Below are positions 17,378 through 26,261 of a DNA stretch of 35,231 nt, in pieces; position 1 is the first letter of the stretch; each line of letters opens with the position of its first letter. Origin of the DNA: Candidatus Woesebacteria bacterium. Its GTDB lineage: Bacteria; Patescibacteriota; Microgenomatia; UBA1400; UBA12108. The notes below the pieces were generated by a model that saw nothing but the letters and a program-made list of their open reading frames with translations, did not search any database and had not been told where the DNA came from. Location of the stretch: NCBI GenBank assembly GCA_031972135.1, contig DALYFH010000007.1:1-35231 (forward strand). The letters are read 5' to 3'. Position numbers and translations under genes: made by a program.

Positions 17378-18707
17378 ATATATCTAGCTGTAGTCCAGGA
17401 TACACTTTTTGGTCACTGAGCGTATAGCCCGCCCCTATTAGATTGTGCTCCCCTTCTTTTGATGAGTCAAAAACATCTTCGGCGTATTTTATATAAATAA
17501 TTCGCTTTGACTTAAGTTCTGCAATTGTTTTTGGTTCGATAATCTGGGAACGAGGGACGCCGTAGTAAAGTAACGGCGCATTTTGTGCACGACTAGGTAG
17601 GGCATATACTACTTCTAGGCCGTGATCAAGAACAACATCCCGCCAAGCCTCTCGATGAAATTCTGGATTGACCCAAAAGTAGACTAGCGCGAGTAGTTGG
17701 AGTGAAACAATGAATAAAGCATAGCGCAGTCGAGTTGCAGAGAGGGCTAGCGCTAGTAAGAGTAAATATCCAGGTACAACAAACATGATGCGGGTATAGC
17801 TATAGACCGGCAAGATTAGTGAGAATGTAGCGGCTATTGGGATAGCAGAGAGCCAAACGAGAATAATTTGATAATTTTTGTTTGACAAGTATGTCTTAAG
17901 CTTAATCTTGGATATGACATACAGGTGTAGTGCCAACAAGGAGATTACAGCTAGGCCATATACCCAGTCATTAGTTATACTGATCCGACCAATGTTTGCT
18001 TTGACCCAGGTGAGTGCGAGTGCTTTGAGTGAAATCCCGCCCACTACATTCCCCCACGCAGGACTATTGGCCACTGTACTGAGCCCTATACCTAGTGAGC
18101 TTATGAGTGATGGCAGCCAGAATAGGAGTGTGAGGCCAGAAATAATCTGAGAGATTATGAGGTCGCGGCGTCTCAGCAGGAGAGAATAGACTAATAGTGC
18201 AAGATGGAGAAACCAAGAAAGGTATGAGGTCCAGAGGAAAGCGATGGTAAATAGCACGTAGTAAATAGTAAATCGATTGTCCTTGGAGTTGGTGAGTTTT
18301 TTGTAGAAATAATACATGGCGGCGGTGACAAAAAAAGTCGTGATGCCATAAGTCCTCCCCTCTTGAGAATAGTAGATTAGGAGCGGGTTAGTAGCAGCTA
18401 GCAACCCTGCTATATACATACTCTTTTTGCCCCCGAACTCGTCACCTAGACGAGTTACAAAGTAAACTGTCCCTAGGCCTGCCAGTAACGATGGCGCGCG
18501 CAGAGCGATCTCACTGTAGCCAGCTACGCTAGTCCAGAGCCAGCCTATCAAGTGATAGAGCGGTGGCTGAAAGTCAGCGAGTGCATAACTCATGAGTGGC
18601 CCCATGCGCCCCATTAGAGCGAGAGCCTGGATCGCCTCATCAAGCCAGAGTGATTGGTTGATTAACACCAGTCTTAAAATAAGTGCGAGCCCTAGGATAT
18701 AAACCAT
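17361..18707 (-). CDS. polytopic membrane glycosyltransferase, GT-C fold (PMT/ArnT-like, GT39/83-type)
   Basis: Motif: QSLWLDEAIQALAL...ADFQPPLYHLIGWLW, i.e. the DE...(H/Q)PPLY loop motif of PMT/ArnT-type enzymes. There are more than 10 TM segments and a soluble C-terminal tail. Confidence 0.78.
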   Translation of the reverse strand: MVYILGLALILRLVLINQSLWLDEAIQALALMGRMGPLMSYALADFQPPLYHLIGWLWTSVAGYSEIALRAPSLLAGLGTVYFVTRLGDEFGGKKSMYIAGLLAATNPLLIYYSQEGRTYGITTFFVTAAMYYFYKKLTNSKDNRFTIYYVLFTIAFLWTSYLSWFLHLALLVYSLLLRRRDLIISQIISGLTLLFWLPSLISSLGIGLSTVANSPAWGNVVGGISLKALALTWVKANIGRISITNDWVYGLAVISLLALHLYVISKIKLKTYLSNKNYQIILVWLSAIPIAATFSLILPVYSYTRIMFVVPGYLLLLALALSATRLRYALFIVSLQLLALVYFWVNPEFHREAWRDVVLDHGLEVVYALPSRAQNAPLLYYGVPRSQIIEPKTIAELKSKRIIYIKYAEDVFDSSKEGEHNLIGAGYTLSDQKVYPGLQLDIYENNN

Positions 18708-18708
18708 A

Positions 18709-19581
18709 CTATTTACTCAGTTTACCAGTAGTTAGCATCTCGATGATACCCACAAAACGACCGAAATCGTAGACAATTTTGAAAGGGATAAAGTAATAAT
18801 TGTGATGTTTAATTGCTTTTAAAATACCAATAATCAATGAGAGGGGGAGCGAGGTCCGAAGGAGTGCATATAAAGGACCAATTAACCCATACTTATAAGG
18901 TCTTTTGGCTGCCCAGCGAGCCTGCTTATAAATTGCTGTGAAAGAATCAGGGTTTTTGTGATAGCAGGTTGCACGAGTTTTTTGTGGCCTGACATTTAGT
19001 TTGTTAAAGAGACTCCAAGTATCGGTATAGCCAACATCATCAAACCCACCCACCCGATCAAATTCTTTTTTTAGGATCGCGCGGTAGTCTGTACCGGATG
19101 CAGCATCTACTAGCGCTGGGAAGCGAAGATGATCTGCCCACCCTTCTTGGATATTCCAACACCTTGCCAGAGGATTGTCCCAGTTGGCGACTCTTTCGTT
19201 TATGGTGTAGGTTCCCACGCTTCGCATTTCAGGCTTCGCTGCGGCACGGCGATAATTTATAATCGGTTGAATCAAGTCTTTGACATAATTAGGATCAAAA
19301 CTCATGTCAGCATCGACAAACAAGAGGATGCTACTGCTAGCTTTTTTGGCCCCCAGGTTACGAGCATGAGCTGGTCCCAGATGTTTTTGGGAAAGGTAAA
19401 TGACGCCAGGGAAGTTTTTAAGAATGTCTTTTGTTTGATCTGTACTACCATCGTCTACTACTATAATCTCGATATCGACTGTCTGAGTCAGGAGCGAGGT
19501 GATAGCTAGGACAATAGTCTGCTCACTATTGTAAGTAGCAAGGATAGCTGAAGCGATAGGTTTTTTATTTGATGAGGTCAT
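18709..19581 (-). CDS. glycosyltransferase, GT2, with a hydrophobic C-terminal region (candidate polyprenyl-phosphate sugar synthase)
   Basis: Motifs: ASAILATYNSEQTIVLAITSLL...IIVVDDGSTDQT, ARNLGAKKA and LFVDADM. The C-terminal part is LIGPLYALLRTSLPLSLIIGILKAI. It lies 1 nt upstream of the GT-C gene. Confidence 0.82.
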   Translation of the reverse strand: MTSSNKKPIASAILATYNSEQTIVLAITSLLTQTVDIEIIVVDDGSTDQTKDILKNFPGVIYLSQKHLGPAHARNLGAKKASSSILLFVDADMSFDPNYVKDLIQPIINYRRAAAKPEMRSVGTYTINERVANWDNPLARCWNIQEGWADHLRFPALVDAASGTDYRAILKKEFDRVGGFDDVGYTDTWSLFNKLNVRPQKTRATCYHKNPDSFTAIYKQARWAAKRPYKYGLIGPLYALLRTSLPLSLIIGILKAIKHHNYYFIPFKIVYDFGRFVGIIEMLTTGKLSK

Positions 19582-20629
19582 AGAGTTCTTTTTCTAAGAG
19601 CTTAGAAACTACTTTGATATTGCATCTCGATAGCTGTGGTCCATAGTCAATGCGGCCATTACTCATGGCTCTTAGTACCGCGCTGCCTACCTCGTCTGGA
19701 CGATGTGGATTAACATAATATCCTGAGCTACCAATAATCTCTCTCCTGACTGGGTCATCGGTAGCGACTATTGGTAGACCTGCCGCCATAGCTTCGATGT
19801 AGACGTTTCCAAACGCCTCCCTCGGGTCAGGTGTAAAGCAAAGCACGTCACACGAATGGTAATACTCCTGCATCAAATCAGGGTCAACCTGCTTTATCCA
19901 TCGAAAGTCAGAGACTCTACTCGAAAGTATATCCTGGAGTTTGTCCCCATCCTCGCCATCGCCGATTATTACATGAGAGACTGCGAGATTTTTTAGCGAT
20001 TCGGCAGTACTGACTATTTTTTTGTAGCGAGTTAGGGCACCTACGGTTAGGACAATAGGATGTGCTACACCTAGATCGATTTTTTTCTTTGACTTGATAT
20101 GGTTTACAGGGTTTGGAATAACCACAAGCTTTGTTGTAGGCCTGATATAGCGTCTGCACCAACTCGCTTGAGCATCGGTCAATGCAATAAATAGATCGGG
20201 CGCAGCTATCAAAGTCTTAAGATCGTGATGTCCCATCCCTGCTTGACCAAATACTGCGATTTTGTGAGTAGACAACTCTCGCTTGAGAATTTTTATTTGG
20301 GGTGCACCGTTACAAGCGATAACTACGTCAGGGTTGATTGATTTGATTGATTGTATAGATGCTTTGGTAAAGTTGATGACTGCGACACTAGAAGGATCGC
20401 ATTCGAGCCTAAATAAGAGTTTTTCGAAGAAATTATAGGGAGCTGCCTGAGGAGCAGTCTCTAGTCTCATACTTCGAATAATTGTATAACTTTTGTCTGG
20501 ATTGACCGGTCCTGCTTGAACTACCGTCACCTGATTATTCTTTGAGAGTGCTTGGGCATAGAGATCTACTACACGCTCGAGACCTCGGTCTACCAACCCC
20601 TGAGTCAAATTGAGAAAGAGTATTTTCAT
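19565..20629 (-). CDS. glycosyltransferase, GT4-like
   Basis: Motifs: MKILFLNLTQGLVDRGLERV and EAFGNVYIEAMAAGLPIVATDDPVRREIIG. An ATGA overlap lies at 20626..20629. Confidence 0.8.
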   Translation of the reverse strand: MKILFLNLTQGLVDRGLERVVDLYAQALSKNNQVTVVQAGPVNPDKSYTIIRSMRLETAPQAAPYNFFEKLLFRLECDPSSVAVINFTKASIQSIKSINPDVVIACNGAPQIKILKRELSTHKIAVFGQAGMGHHDLKTLIAAPDLFIALTDAQASWCRRYIRPTTKLVVIPNPVNHIKSKKKIDLGVAHPIVLTVGALTRYKKIVSTAESLKNLAVSHVIIGDGEDGDKLQDILSSRVSDFRWIKQVDPDLMQEYYHSCDVLCFTPDPREAFGNVYIEAMAAGLPIVATDDPVRREIIGSSGYYVNPHRPDEVGSAVLRAMSNGRIDYGPQLSRCNIKVVSKLLEKELYDLIK

Positions 20630-21432
20630 GTAATTTTTCGTTTGAGATATTTGATAGGAGTAATCAGAGCTGCAAGTGTAAGGTACGTGAGAGACCTACT
20701 TTTTTTTGGATCTTTTTCCCATGGAAGAGGCTTAGTGTTAAATACAGTAGGTAGATTAGACTCCAATGGAATTCCTAGTTCGATTTTGTTTTTTGAGCGA
20801 TTAAACATGGTTAGGTTTCCACCTAAACTACTCCTCTTCAAGTACATCGCATGATATAGGTAGCTTTTAGTGATATAGTGCAGACCAGGATCGTGATCGA
20901 TGATTGCGATTCCTTTTTTGTCATAGTAGCCTTCGTTCGGATAATCACCACGCAAATGTAAGCCATTAAGTTTGCTTAGATTGAGTGCTCTAAGAACTAG
21001 ATGACCACTAGTTCCCCACATACTATATGTCCCTACGCTCTCCCTTTGACGATGATAGATATCTCCTAGTAGGTCATACCTGCGGACAGTGACCCCCTCA
21101 TAGCGACCGCTAGTAATCGCTTCCACCACCTCTCTGGCTGTATCCTCAGGATATACTTCGTCACCATCGACTACCCAGAACCAATCCGTTTTTGTGTTAT
21201 TTATTTGATCCTCACGGATACGAGTGACGTCCATCGAAGTCGTAGCATGTGTGAGAGTTAACTTGATTTTGGGAGAGTTGATAGACTTGATAGCATCGAT
21301 TGTGTGATCTGCACTGCCCGTGTCGGTGACTAATACCGTATCAACGTAAGGTAGGATAGAGAGTAGGCTATATCTAACCCATTGGTCTTCATTTTTGACC
21401 ATCATGTGAACAGTGATGTTACTTTTTGCCAT
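20626..21432 (-). CDS. glycosyltransferase, GT2-like
   Basis: Motifs: ITVHMMVKNEDQWVRYSLLSILPYVDTVLVTDTGSADHT and VVDGDE. The track start at 21459 is TTG; I use the ATG at 21432 (MAKSNITV...). Confidence 0.68.
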   Translation of the reverse strand: MAKSNITVHMMVKNEDQWVRYSLLSILPYVDTVLVTDTGSADHTIDAIKSINSPKIKLTLTHATTSMDVTRIREDQINNTKTDWFWVVDGDEVYPEDTAREVVEAITSGRYEGVTVRRYDLLGDIYHRQRESVGTYSMWGTSGHLVLRALNLSKLNGLHLRGDYPNEGYYDKKGIAIIDHDPGLHYITKSYLYHAMYLKRSSLGGNLTMFNRSKNKIELGIPLESNLPTVFNTKPLPWEKDPKKSRSLTYLTLAALITPIKYLKRKIT

Positions 21433-22696
21433 AAGTCTTTTGGTATAAGGAATAAGCAATATATACCGTATAGATACCGACTACCAGCCTAGTAATCACC
21501 CTCGCCCACCCTGCACCGATTAACCCGTAGGTAGGTACCAAGACAATATCTGAGATAAGTAAGCTAAGTGCAGTTATGATCCCAGAGACTGCAAAATATC
21601 TCGGGTAATCAAAAACATAAAACAAAGCAACAAACGGTGTAGTAGCTGTTAAGAACGCAGTAGAGATTAAGAGAATATTTAAGGTAGGGACGACGCTCAG
21701 GTAGGCTGGTCCGATAGTGTATGTAACGACTGGATAAGATATCAAACAGAGTGCGGCAGTCGCTAAGAGAGAAACGATTGCTAGCATGATGCCTTTTTTT
21801 AGATAGCGATCCAAGTTCACTTTGTCTCTATATTTTGCTACTCGCATGTTCAGCACTGTACCGAGCGACCAGCCAATGAGCGAAGCAACAGTCGCGATCC
21901 TAGTTGCGGCAGCATATAGTCCCGTCTCATGGACTGAGAGATACTTTTGGACTATTAAAACGTCGACATTCTCTGCGACTGCACTAGCAAGAATCGAGAT
22001 ACTGGTCCATCGCGCCACATTAATTATCGATTTTGTGATTTTTGGACTATAAATAGGCAAAAGTTCTCTCGCATTGATCGCCAAGAACCCAACGCATGCT
22101 CCGATAAGTGGCAAGATCATGTATCCTAGGGTGACAGTACTTAGGTTTATACCAACAAATACTAGTGTCGCTAGTGCCAAGAGTAGCTTGAGAGATGATT
22201 GGACTGTATTAGTCAAAACCGAGAGGCCAAAATACTGTCTGGCCTGAAGGAGAGAGTTAACGTATTCATAGACAACTACAGAGATCGAAAGGAGTATGAC
22301 GGCTCGCACCATAGGGACAAAATCTGGGGTTAGTGTAAGCAGAGTCTCTGTGATAAAAGGAGTAGTGATCAATCCAGTAATTACCACCACTGCCATAATC
22401 ATAGCTTTTAGAAATGCTCCGTTTTGAGCAAAGGCTAGGTTGAGGGTTTTATTATTCTGATTTTGGGCAATAGCACGAGAGACAGCAATGTTTATGCCCA
22501 TATCTCCAATACGTGAGATTATTAGCATAAGTGAAAAGAGCACTGAGAAGATACCAAATTGTTCTGGACCAAGTTGTCTCGAAAAGATAATCATGGCAAC
22601 GGCAGCAATGCCTGTTGAGCCTACGTTGCCGACAGTCATTAGAAAGGCAGATCTTAACCCTTTAGATTTTCCCAACTTCAAGACAGCAGACAACAT
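21419..22696 (-). CDS. Wzx-type oligosaccharide flippase (MOP superfamily polysaccharide biosynthesis protein)
   Basis: 425 aa with ~12 TM segments. The N-terminus ...LRSAFLMTVGNVGSTGIAAVAMIIFSRQLGPEQFGIFSVLFSL is characteristic of Wzx/RfbX-type proteins. Confidence 0.8.
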   Translation of the reverse strand: MLSAVLKLGKSKGLRSAFLMTVGNVGSTGIAAVAMIIFSRQLGPEQFGIFSVLFSLMLIISRIGDMGINIAVSRAIAQNQNNKTLNLAFAQNGAFLKAMIMAVVVITGLITTPFITETLLTLTPDFVPMVRAVILLSISVVVYEYVNSLLQARQYFGLSVLTNTVQSSLKLLLALATLVFVGINLSTVTLGYMILPLIGACVGFLAINARELLPIYSPKITKSIINVARWTSISILASAVAENVDVLIVQKYLSVHETGLYAAATRIATVASLIGWSLGTVLNMRVAKYRDKVNLDRYLKKGIMLAIVSLLATAALCLISYPVVTYTIGPAYLSVVPTLNILLISTAFLTATTPFVALFYVFDYPRYFAVSGIITALSLLISDIVLVPTYGLIGAGWARVITRLVVGIYTVYIAYSLYQKTYGKK

Positions 22697-22716
22697 ACAT
22701 CTATTGTCTCATACCT

Positions 22717-23316
22717 CTAGCGAAACTGCGAAATAAACTGCAGGATCGTGTCCCAAGTCCCCTTGCTCCCTACAGGATTAGGTGTGGATTTGGGGATATC
22801 CAGGGGATTGTAGGCTATCACGTCCTGCACTGTTAGATCATTGTTTAAATGGTTGTAGTTGCCGACCACTATAACTGGCTTTTCGGTTAGACGGTGGGAG
22901 GAATTAAAGTTGAGATCATATGAAAGCATATAAACATCACTAGTTGGCAAAACTAATATGTCCCGAGGTGAGCCTGTGATTATTACTTCGTGTATTACCC
23001 CTAGCTTAGTCATTGGCGTTGAGACTCCCCTACCTTGCCAGAGACGATATCCAACATAGAGGGCAATTGGCAAAACGATCAAGGGGATAGTAAAGCGGAG
23101 TGCAACCACTGTGTTTTGGCTCTTCCAGATCCGCTTGAGAGCTAGCCAGAGGCGACCGATGGGATTATTCACTTTGATATTAAGGTCGAGCAAGGGATCA
23201 TTTAGATTCTCGGCTTTGATTAGATCAACATCGACTGCGTGTACTCCGTTTACTGAGACACTCCTACCGATCTTTCTTTTTGTCTCGCTAGCTCGCTCAG
23301 ATAGATTAACTACCAT
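22717..23316 (-). CDS. hypothetical single-pass membrane protein (~200 aa)
   Basis: One TM segment (VVALRFTIPLIVLPIALYVGY) separates a charged N-terminal part from a ~110-aa C-terminal domain. I recognise no family. The track start at 23400 is GTG and overlaps the EEP gene. The ATG at 23316 (MVVNLSE...) looks more natural. Confidence 0.5.
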   Translation of the reverse strand: MVVNLSERASETKRKIGRSVSVNGVHAVDVDLIKAENLNDPLLDLNIKVNNPIGRLWLALKRIWKSQNTVVALRFTIPLIVLPIALYVGYRLWQGRGVSTPMTKLGVIHEVIITGSPRDILVLPTSDVYMLSYDLNFNSSHRLTEKPVIVVGNYNHLNNDLTVQDVIAYNPLDIPKSTPNPVGSKGTWDTILQFISQFR

Positions 23317-23371
23317 AAATAGAGAATAGCAAATTGAGAAAAGACTGCAAGTACCGGGATTTTTTAGACAA

Positions 23372-24094
23372 TTATTTAGATACGGTACAGGTAATCCCAC
23401 AGTGGTCGGAGAGACCGCTTATGACCTGGACATTATCGATTTTATAGTCAGGGGTCGAGAATAGGTGATCTACCACTAGTTTGAGCTCTGGTTTGCGGAA
23501 CAAGATGGGGTCGATCGTCGACTCTACACTCTTTGGGAGATGATCAATATAGCGACTAGCGAGTTCCTGATAGACCCTAGATCCACGATTAGCATTTAGA
23601 TCTCCTGCGAGGACAAAGCTCGGGACTTTGTCTAGCAATTCTTGGAGTCTTAAATAATCAGGATACTGAGCGACATCTGCATCGGTTGTGAGAGCCCAGG
23701 TAAAGTGAGTGTTAGCAAAATAGTAATACACGCCGTCCGACTCAATCTCGGAGACTATGAGAGCCCGGGGATGTTTTAAGGTTTTCATAAACTCATGTGG
23801 GATAACAACTGGTGGCTCAGAATAATAATCTATTTGGACTGTGGCAGGTCTAATTTTAGTAAGCGTAGCGATCCCCCACTCACCCAGTGGCTTAAAGATA
23901 TGTTCGTAGATATTAAAGTCGACGTGTGGGGCAAAGGTTAAATGGTAGCCGAACTGTGCTGCTAGCTCCTCAGCATGAACCTTGTAGACTTCTTGCATAA
24001 AGACAACGTCTGGCGTATTAGTCTTTAGATAATCTCTAACGTTATCCAGATTTCGGTCGGCTTCGATATTTAAAGAGAAAAACGAAATCGCCAT
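23372..24094 (-). CDS. endonuclease/exonuclease/phosphatase (EEP) family protein
   Basis: Motifs: FFSLNIEADRN...PDVVFMQEV, THFTW, AGDLNANRGS and a C-terminal SDHCGI, which are the EEP catalytic motifs. No signal peptide is evident. Confidence 0.8.
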   Translation of the reverse strand: MAISFFSLNIEADRNLDNVRDYLKTNTPDVVFMQEVYKVHAEELAAQFGYHLTFAPHVDFNIYEHIFKPLGEWGIATLTKIRPATVQIDYYSEPPVVIPHEFMKTLKHPRALIVSEIESDGVYYYFANTHFTWALTTDADVAQYPDYLRLQELLDKVPSFVLAGDLNANRGSRVYQELASRYIDHLPKSVESTIDPILFRKPELKLVVDHLFSTPDYKIDNVQVISGLSDHCGITCTVSK

Positions 24095-24109
24095 AACTGT
24101 TCCCTACTT

Positions 24110-25081
24110 TTAGTGTCTTTTTTTGAAGCTGTTAAAGCCATCCCGGACTATATCTTTTAGGCTTTTTGTAGGTCGCCAGCCTAAAATATTTTTTGCGGTA
24201 GTAACATCTGAGAGCGAGTAGCTAATGTCACCAGCATTCCTTGGGCCGAATATTATGTTTAATGGCTCGCCAATAATATTTTCAACTACAGCAATTACTT
24301 CTTTGATCGAGTGTGCAACACCCCCACCAAGATTAATAATGGCTGAATGTTGATTTGCTCTTAAGTATTTAATACCTAGAATAATAGCATTTGCTATATC
24401 TTGGACATGTATAAAATCGCGAACTACAGTCCCGTCTGGGGTATCGTAGTCGTTACCGCTGATTGTCACACTCTGGTCTAGTTTTAGCGCGTGTGCATAT
24501 AAGCGCTGCATAATTGCTCTACTTTCTAGGCTTTGTCCTAACCTACCCTCACCCTCTGCTCCTCCGACGTTAAAAAATCTAAAGGATAAGTAGTTGTACT
24601 TATCTGTTGATAGCGCAATGAGAGATTTTTCCCCAGCAAGCTTGCTTTCACCGTATGGGTTGGTAGGAATAGTTGCAGAAGCTTCGTTCATTGGATCGCC
24701 ATTTACTGGAGTACCGTATACTGCCGCCGAACTTGCGTAGATAATATGTTTGACCCCGGCTTCTATTGCGCACTCCCAGACATTCTTGGATCCTGTAGAG
24801 TTGACTTGGTTATAGAGGTCTGCCTTAGAGACACTCTCTGCGGCATTGACGAGTGCAGCAAGATGAATCACGACTTCAACTTCATTATCCTTCATGACTT
24901 GCATCAAAGCATTTTTATCTAGGATATCACCCTCTACTAAGACTTCGTTATTGAGTAGTGATGATTTGTGCCCCTGTGTAAGGTTATCAAAGACTATTAC
25001 TGACTCACCAGCATTTGAGAGCGCAAGTACGATATGACTACCGATATACCCACACCCACCAGTAACTAAGATTTTTCCCAT
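24110..25081 (-). CDS. galE: UDP-glucose 4-epimerase (SDR family NAD-dependent sugar epimerase)
   Basis: Motifs: MGKILVTGGCGYIGSHIVLAL (Rossmann GxxGxxG), SSAAVYG, the YGESK catalytic YxxxK, and NDYDTPDGTVVRDFIHVQD. Confidence 0.87.
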   Translation of the reverse strand: MGKILVTGGCGYIGSHIVLALSNAGESVIVFDNLTQGHKSSLLNNEVLVEGDILDKNALMQVMKDNEVEVVIHLAALVNAAESVSKADLYNQVNSTGSKNVWECAIEAGVKHIIYASSAAVYGTPVNGDPMNEASATIPTNPYGESKLAGEKSLIALSTDKYNYLSFRFFNVGGAEGEGRLGQSLESRAIMQRLYAHALKLDQSVTISGNDYDTPDGTVVRDFIHVQDIANAIILGIKYLRANQHSAIINLGGGVAHSIKEVIAVVENIIGEPLNIIFGPRNAGDISYSLSDVTTAKNILGWRPTKSLKDIVRDGFNSFKKRH

Positions 25082-25108
25082 GTGGGTATTTTACTACGCC
25101 TTGTTAAT

Positions 25109-26248
25109 TTAACCTATTGATTTTGGAGACGAAGAGATTTTCGTAGACCTGAACCTTTGTGGGATAACGTGAAAGAGGAGGTAAGTTAAGTTGAGATAAG
25201 CAAATGGTAAGATTGGCAATAGGTACCTAGGAAAAACGAGTCTCAGAGAGACAAAGAGTAGGTATATCCCGATCCAGAATGTACTCATTAATATAAGCGG
25301 GTTCTGGTGCATTTTTGGCCTGATTAGTGTTAGAGTTGAAAGTAAGGAAATAGGCCAAAGAATAGTCCAGCTGCTTACTCTAATTAAGTCGTGGTTATCC
25401 CACCAAGTCCGCCACTGACCAGTAAAGATAATCCTAAAAATCTCGCCTTTAGGATACTCAGGAACATATGATTTGTAGTATCTCAATATGTCGATGTGGA
25501 GGGTTAAAAAGTCTAGCGGCTTATGGTACACAAAGAAAGCTGTGTAACCCAGAAGGTATATGATAATTGAAATATATAAGCTCCTGAGATATTTTCCCAA
25601 CTTACTTTTGTCGATTAAGTAGATGGTGATAAATGCCGATAAACCTAGTAGTATACCAATCGAGAATGATTTGCTGAGGGCAACTAGTCCTAGTGCTATT
25701 GAGGCAGAAGATACACGATAGTTTGAGGAGATATAGAGCCACAAGTAATAGATAAAGAGCAAGATAAAGAAAGTTTGACCTAGATCTAGATAAGGATTTT
25801 TTAGTTGTTCTATGGTCAAGTTGTCGGTTAAAAATAGTAGTCCAGGTATTATATGGACGAAAGCATTACTCCTTAACAATATCTTTTTTGAGAGCGTAAA
25901 CAGTAAGTAAAATATTCCTAAAGCATAAAGGTACTGTACTAGCAAAGGAATATTGCCGAATATACCAAAAAAGTATTTAGTCAGCGGCTGCAACTCCCAG
26001 TTGATAGCTGTTGGAGACTCACCTCTCACATAATGATTGCCTGCTAATACATATAGCTCTGGATCATCGATGTTTCCACGAAATTCGGTACCATCACTAC
26101 AGTTGCTACTGTACTCTGGGTAATGGGTATCTAGGGAAAACTGTTTACGAAACTCAATCAAACAATACTGAGAGTACCTGTAATCGGCAGCCATCGCATG
26201 GTGTACAGAACTAAATAATAAGATTAAGGCCAGGAATGTATATCGCAT
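25109..26248 (-). CDS. polytopic membrane protein, divergent GT-C/PMT-like glycosyltransferase candidate
   Basis: It has a signal-like N-terminus, then the first loop DDPELYVLAGNHYVRGESPTAINWELQPLTKYFFG. This resembles the DE...HPPLxKYL loop of PMT/ArnT enzymes. About 9-10 TM segments follow. Confidence 0.5.
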   Translation of the reverse strand: MRYTFLALILLFSSVHHAMAADYRYSQYCLIEFRKQFSLDTHYPEYSSNCSDGTEFRGNIDDPELYVLAGNHYVRGESPTAINWELQPLTKYFFGIFGNIPLLVQYLYALGIFYLLFTLSKKILLRSNAFVHIIPGLLFLTDNLTIEQLKNPYLDLGQTFFILLFIYYLWLYISSNYRVSSASIALGLVALSKSFSIGILLGLSAFITIYLIDKSKLGKYLRSLYISIIIYLLGYTAFFVYHKPLDFLTLHIDILRYYKSYVPEYPKGEIFRIIFTGQWRTWWDNHDLIRVSSWTILWPISLLSTLTLIRPKMHQNPLILMSTFWIGIYLLFVSLRLVFPRYLLPILPFAYLNLTYLLFHVIPQRFRSTKISSSPKSIG

Positions 26249-26261
26249 ATCTAATTATAGT

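Noticed and set aside
20700-20707. Homopolymeric A/T tracts inside glycosyltransferase genes as phase-variation switches: T8 at 20700..20707, and T7 runs near 8024, 20085, 21794, 33896, 34481 and 34674.
   Set aside because: Runs of 7-8 A/T are expected by chance in sequence this AT-rich. They are shorter than tracts that usually show efficient slippage. I saw no long poly-G/C tract.
23317-23371. A possible promoter in the 55-nt gap upstream of the hypothetical membrane protein: TTGCAG, 16 nt, then TATTCT on the minus strand.
   Set aside because: It matches only 3/6 and 4/6 of the consensus hexamers. The gap exists only if the ATG at 23316 is the true start. It is not distinguishable from background.
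14687-24094. The Nudix hydrolase plus the EEP nuclease-like protein as parts of a defence or toxin system.
   Set aside because: The two genes are ~8 kb apart. Each is translationally embedded among glycosyltransferase, flippase or epimerase genes. No partner typical of defence systems (ATPase, sensor, TIR/SIR2, methylase-restriction pair, antitoxin-size ORF) is adjacent.
25082-25108. A TAAAAT -10-like hexamer just upstream of the galE ATG, at the compositional boundary.
   Set aside because: There is no -35 at 16-18 nt spacing (TAGGTT/ATAGGT). It is a single weak hexamer in AT-rich sequence.
26249-26261. A perfect TATAAT on the minus strand (26259..26254), 5 nt upstream of the ATG of the 25109..26248 gene, as a possible internal or leaderless promoter.
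   Set aside because: The position 17-18 nt upstream reads AATAAT/ATAATT, so there is no acceptable -35. The region is very AT-rich, so a chance TATAAT is likely. The 13-nt gap is too short to judge.
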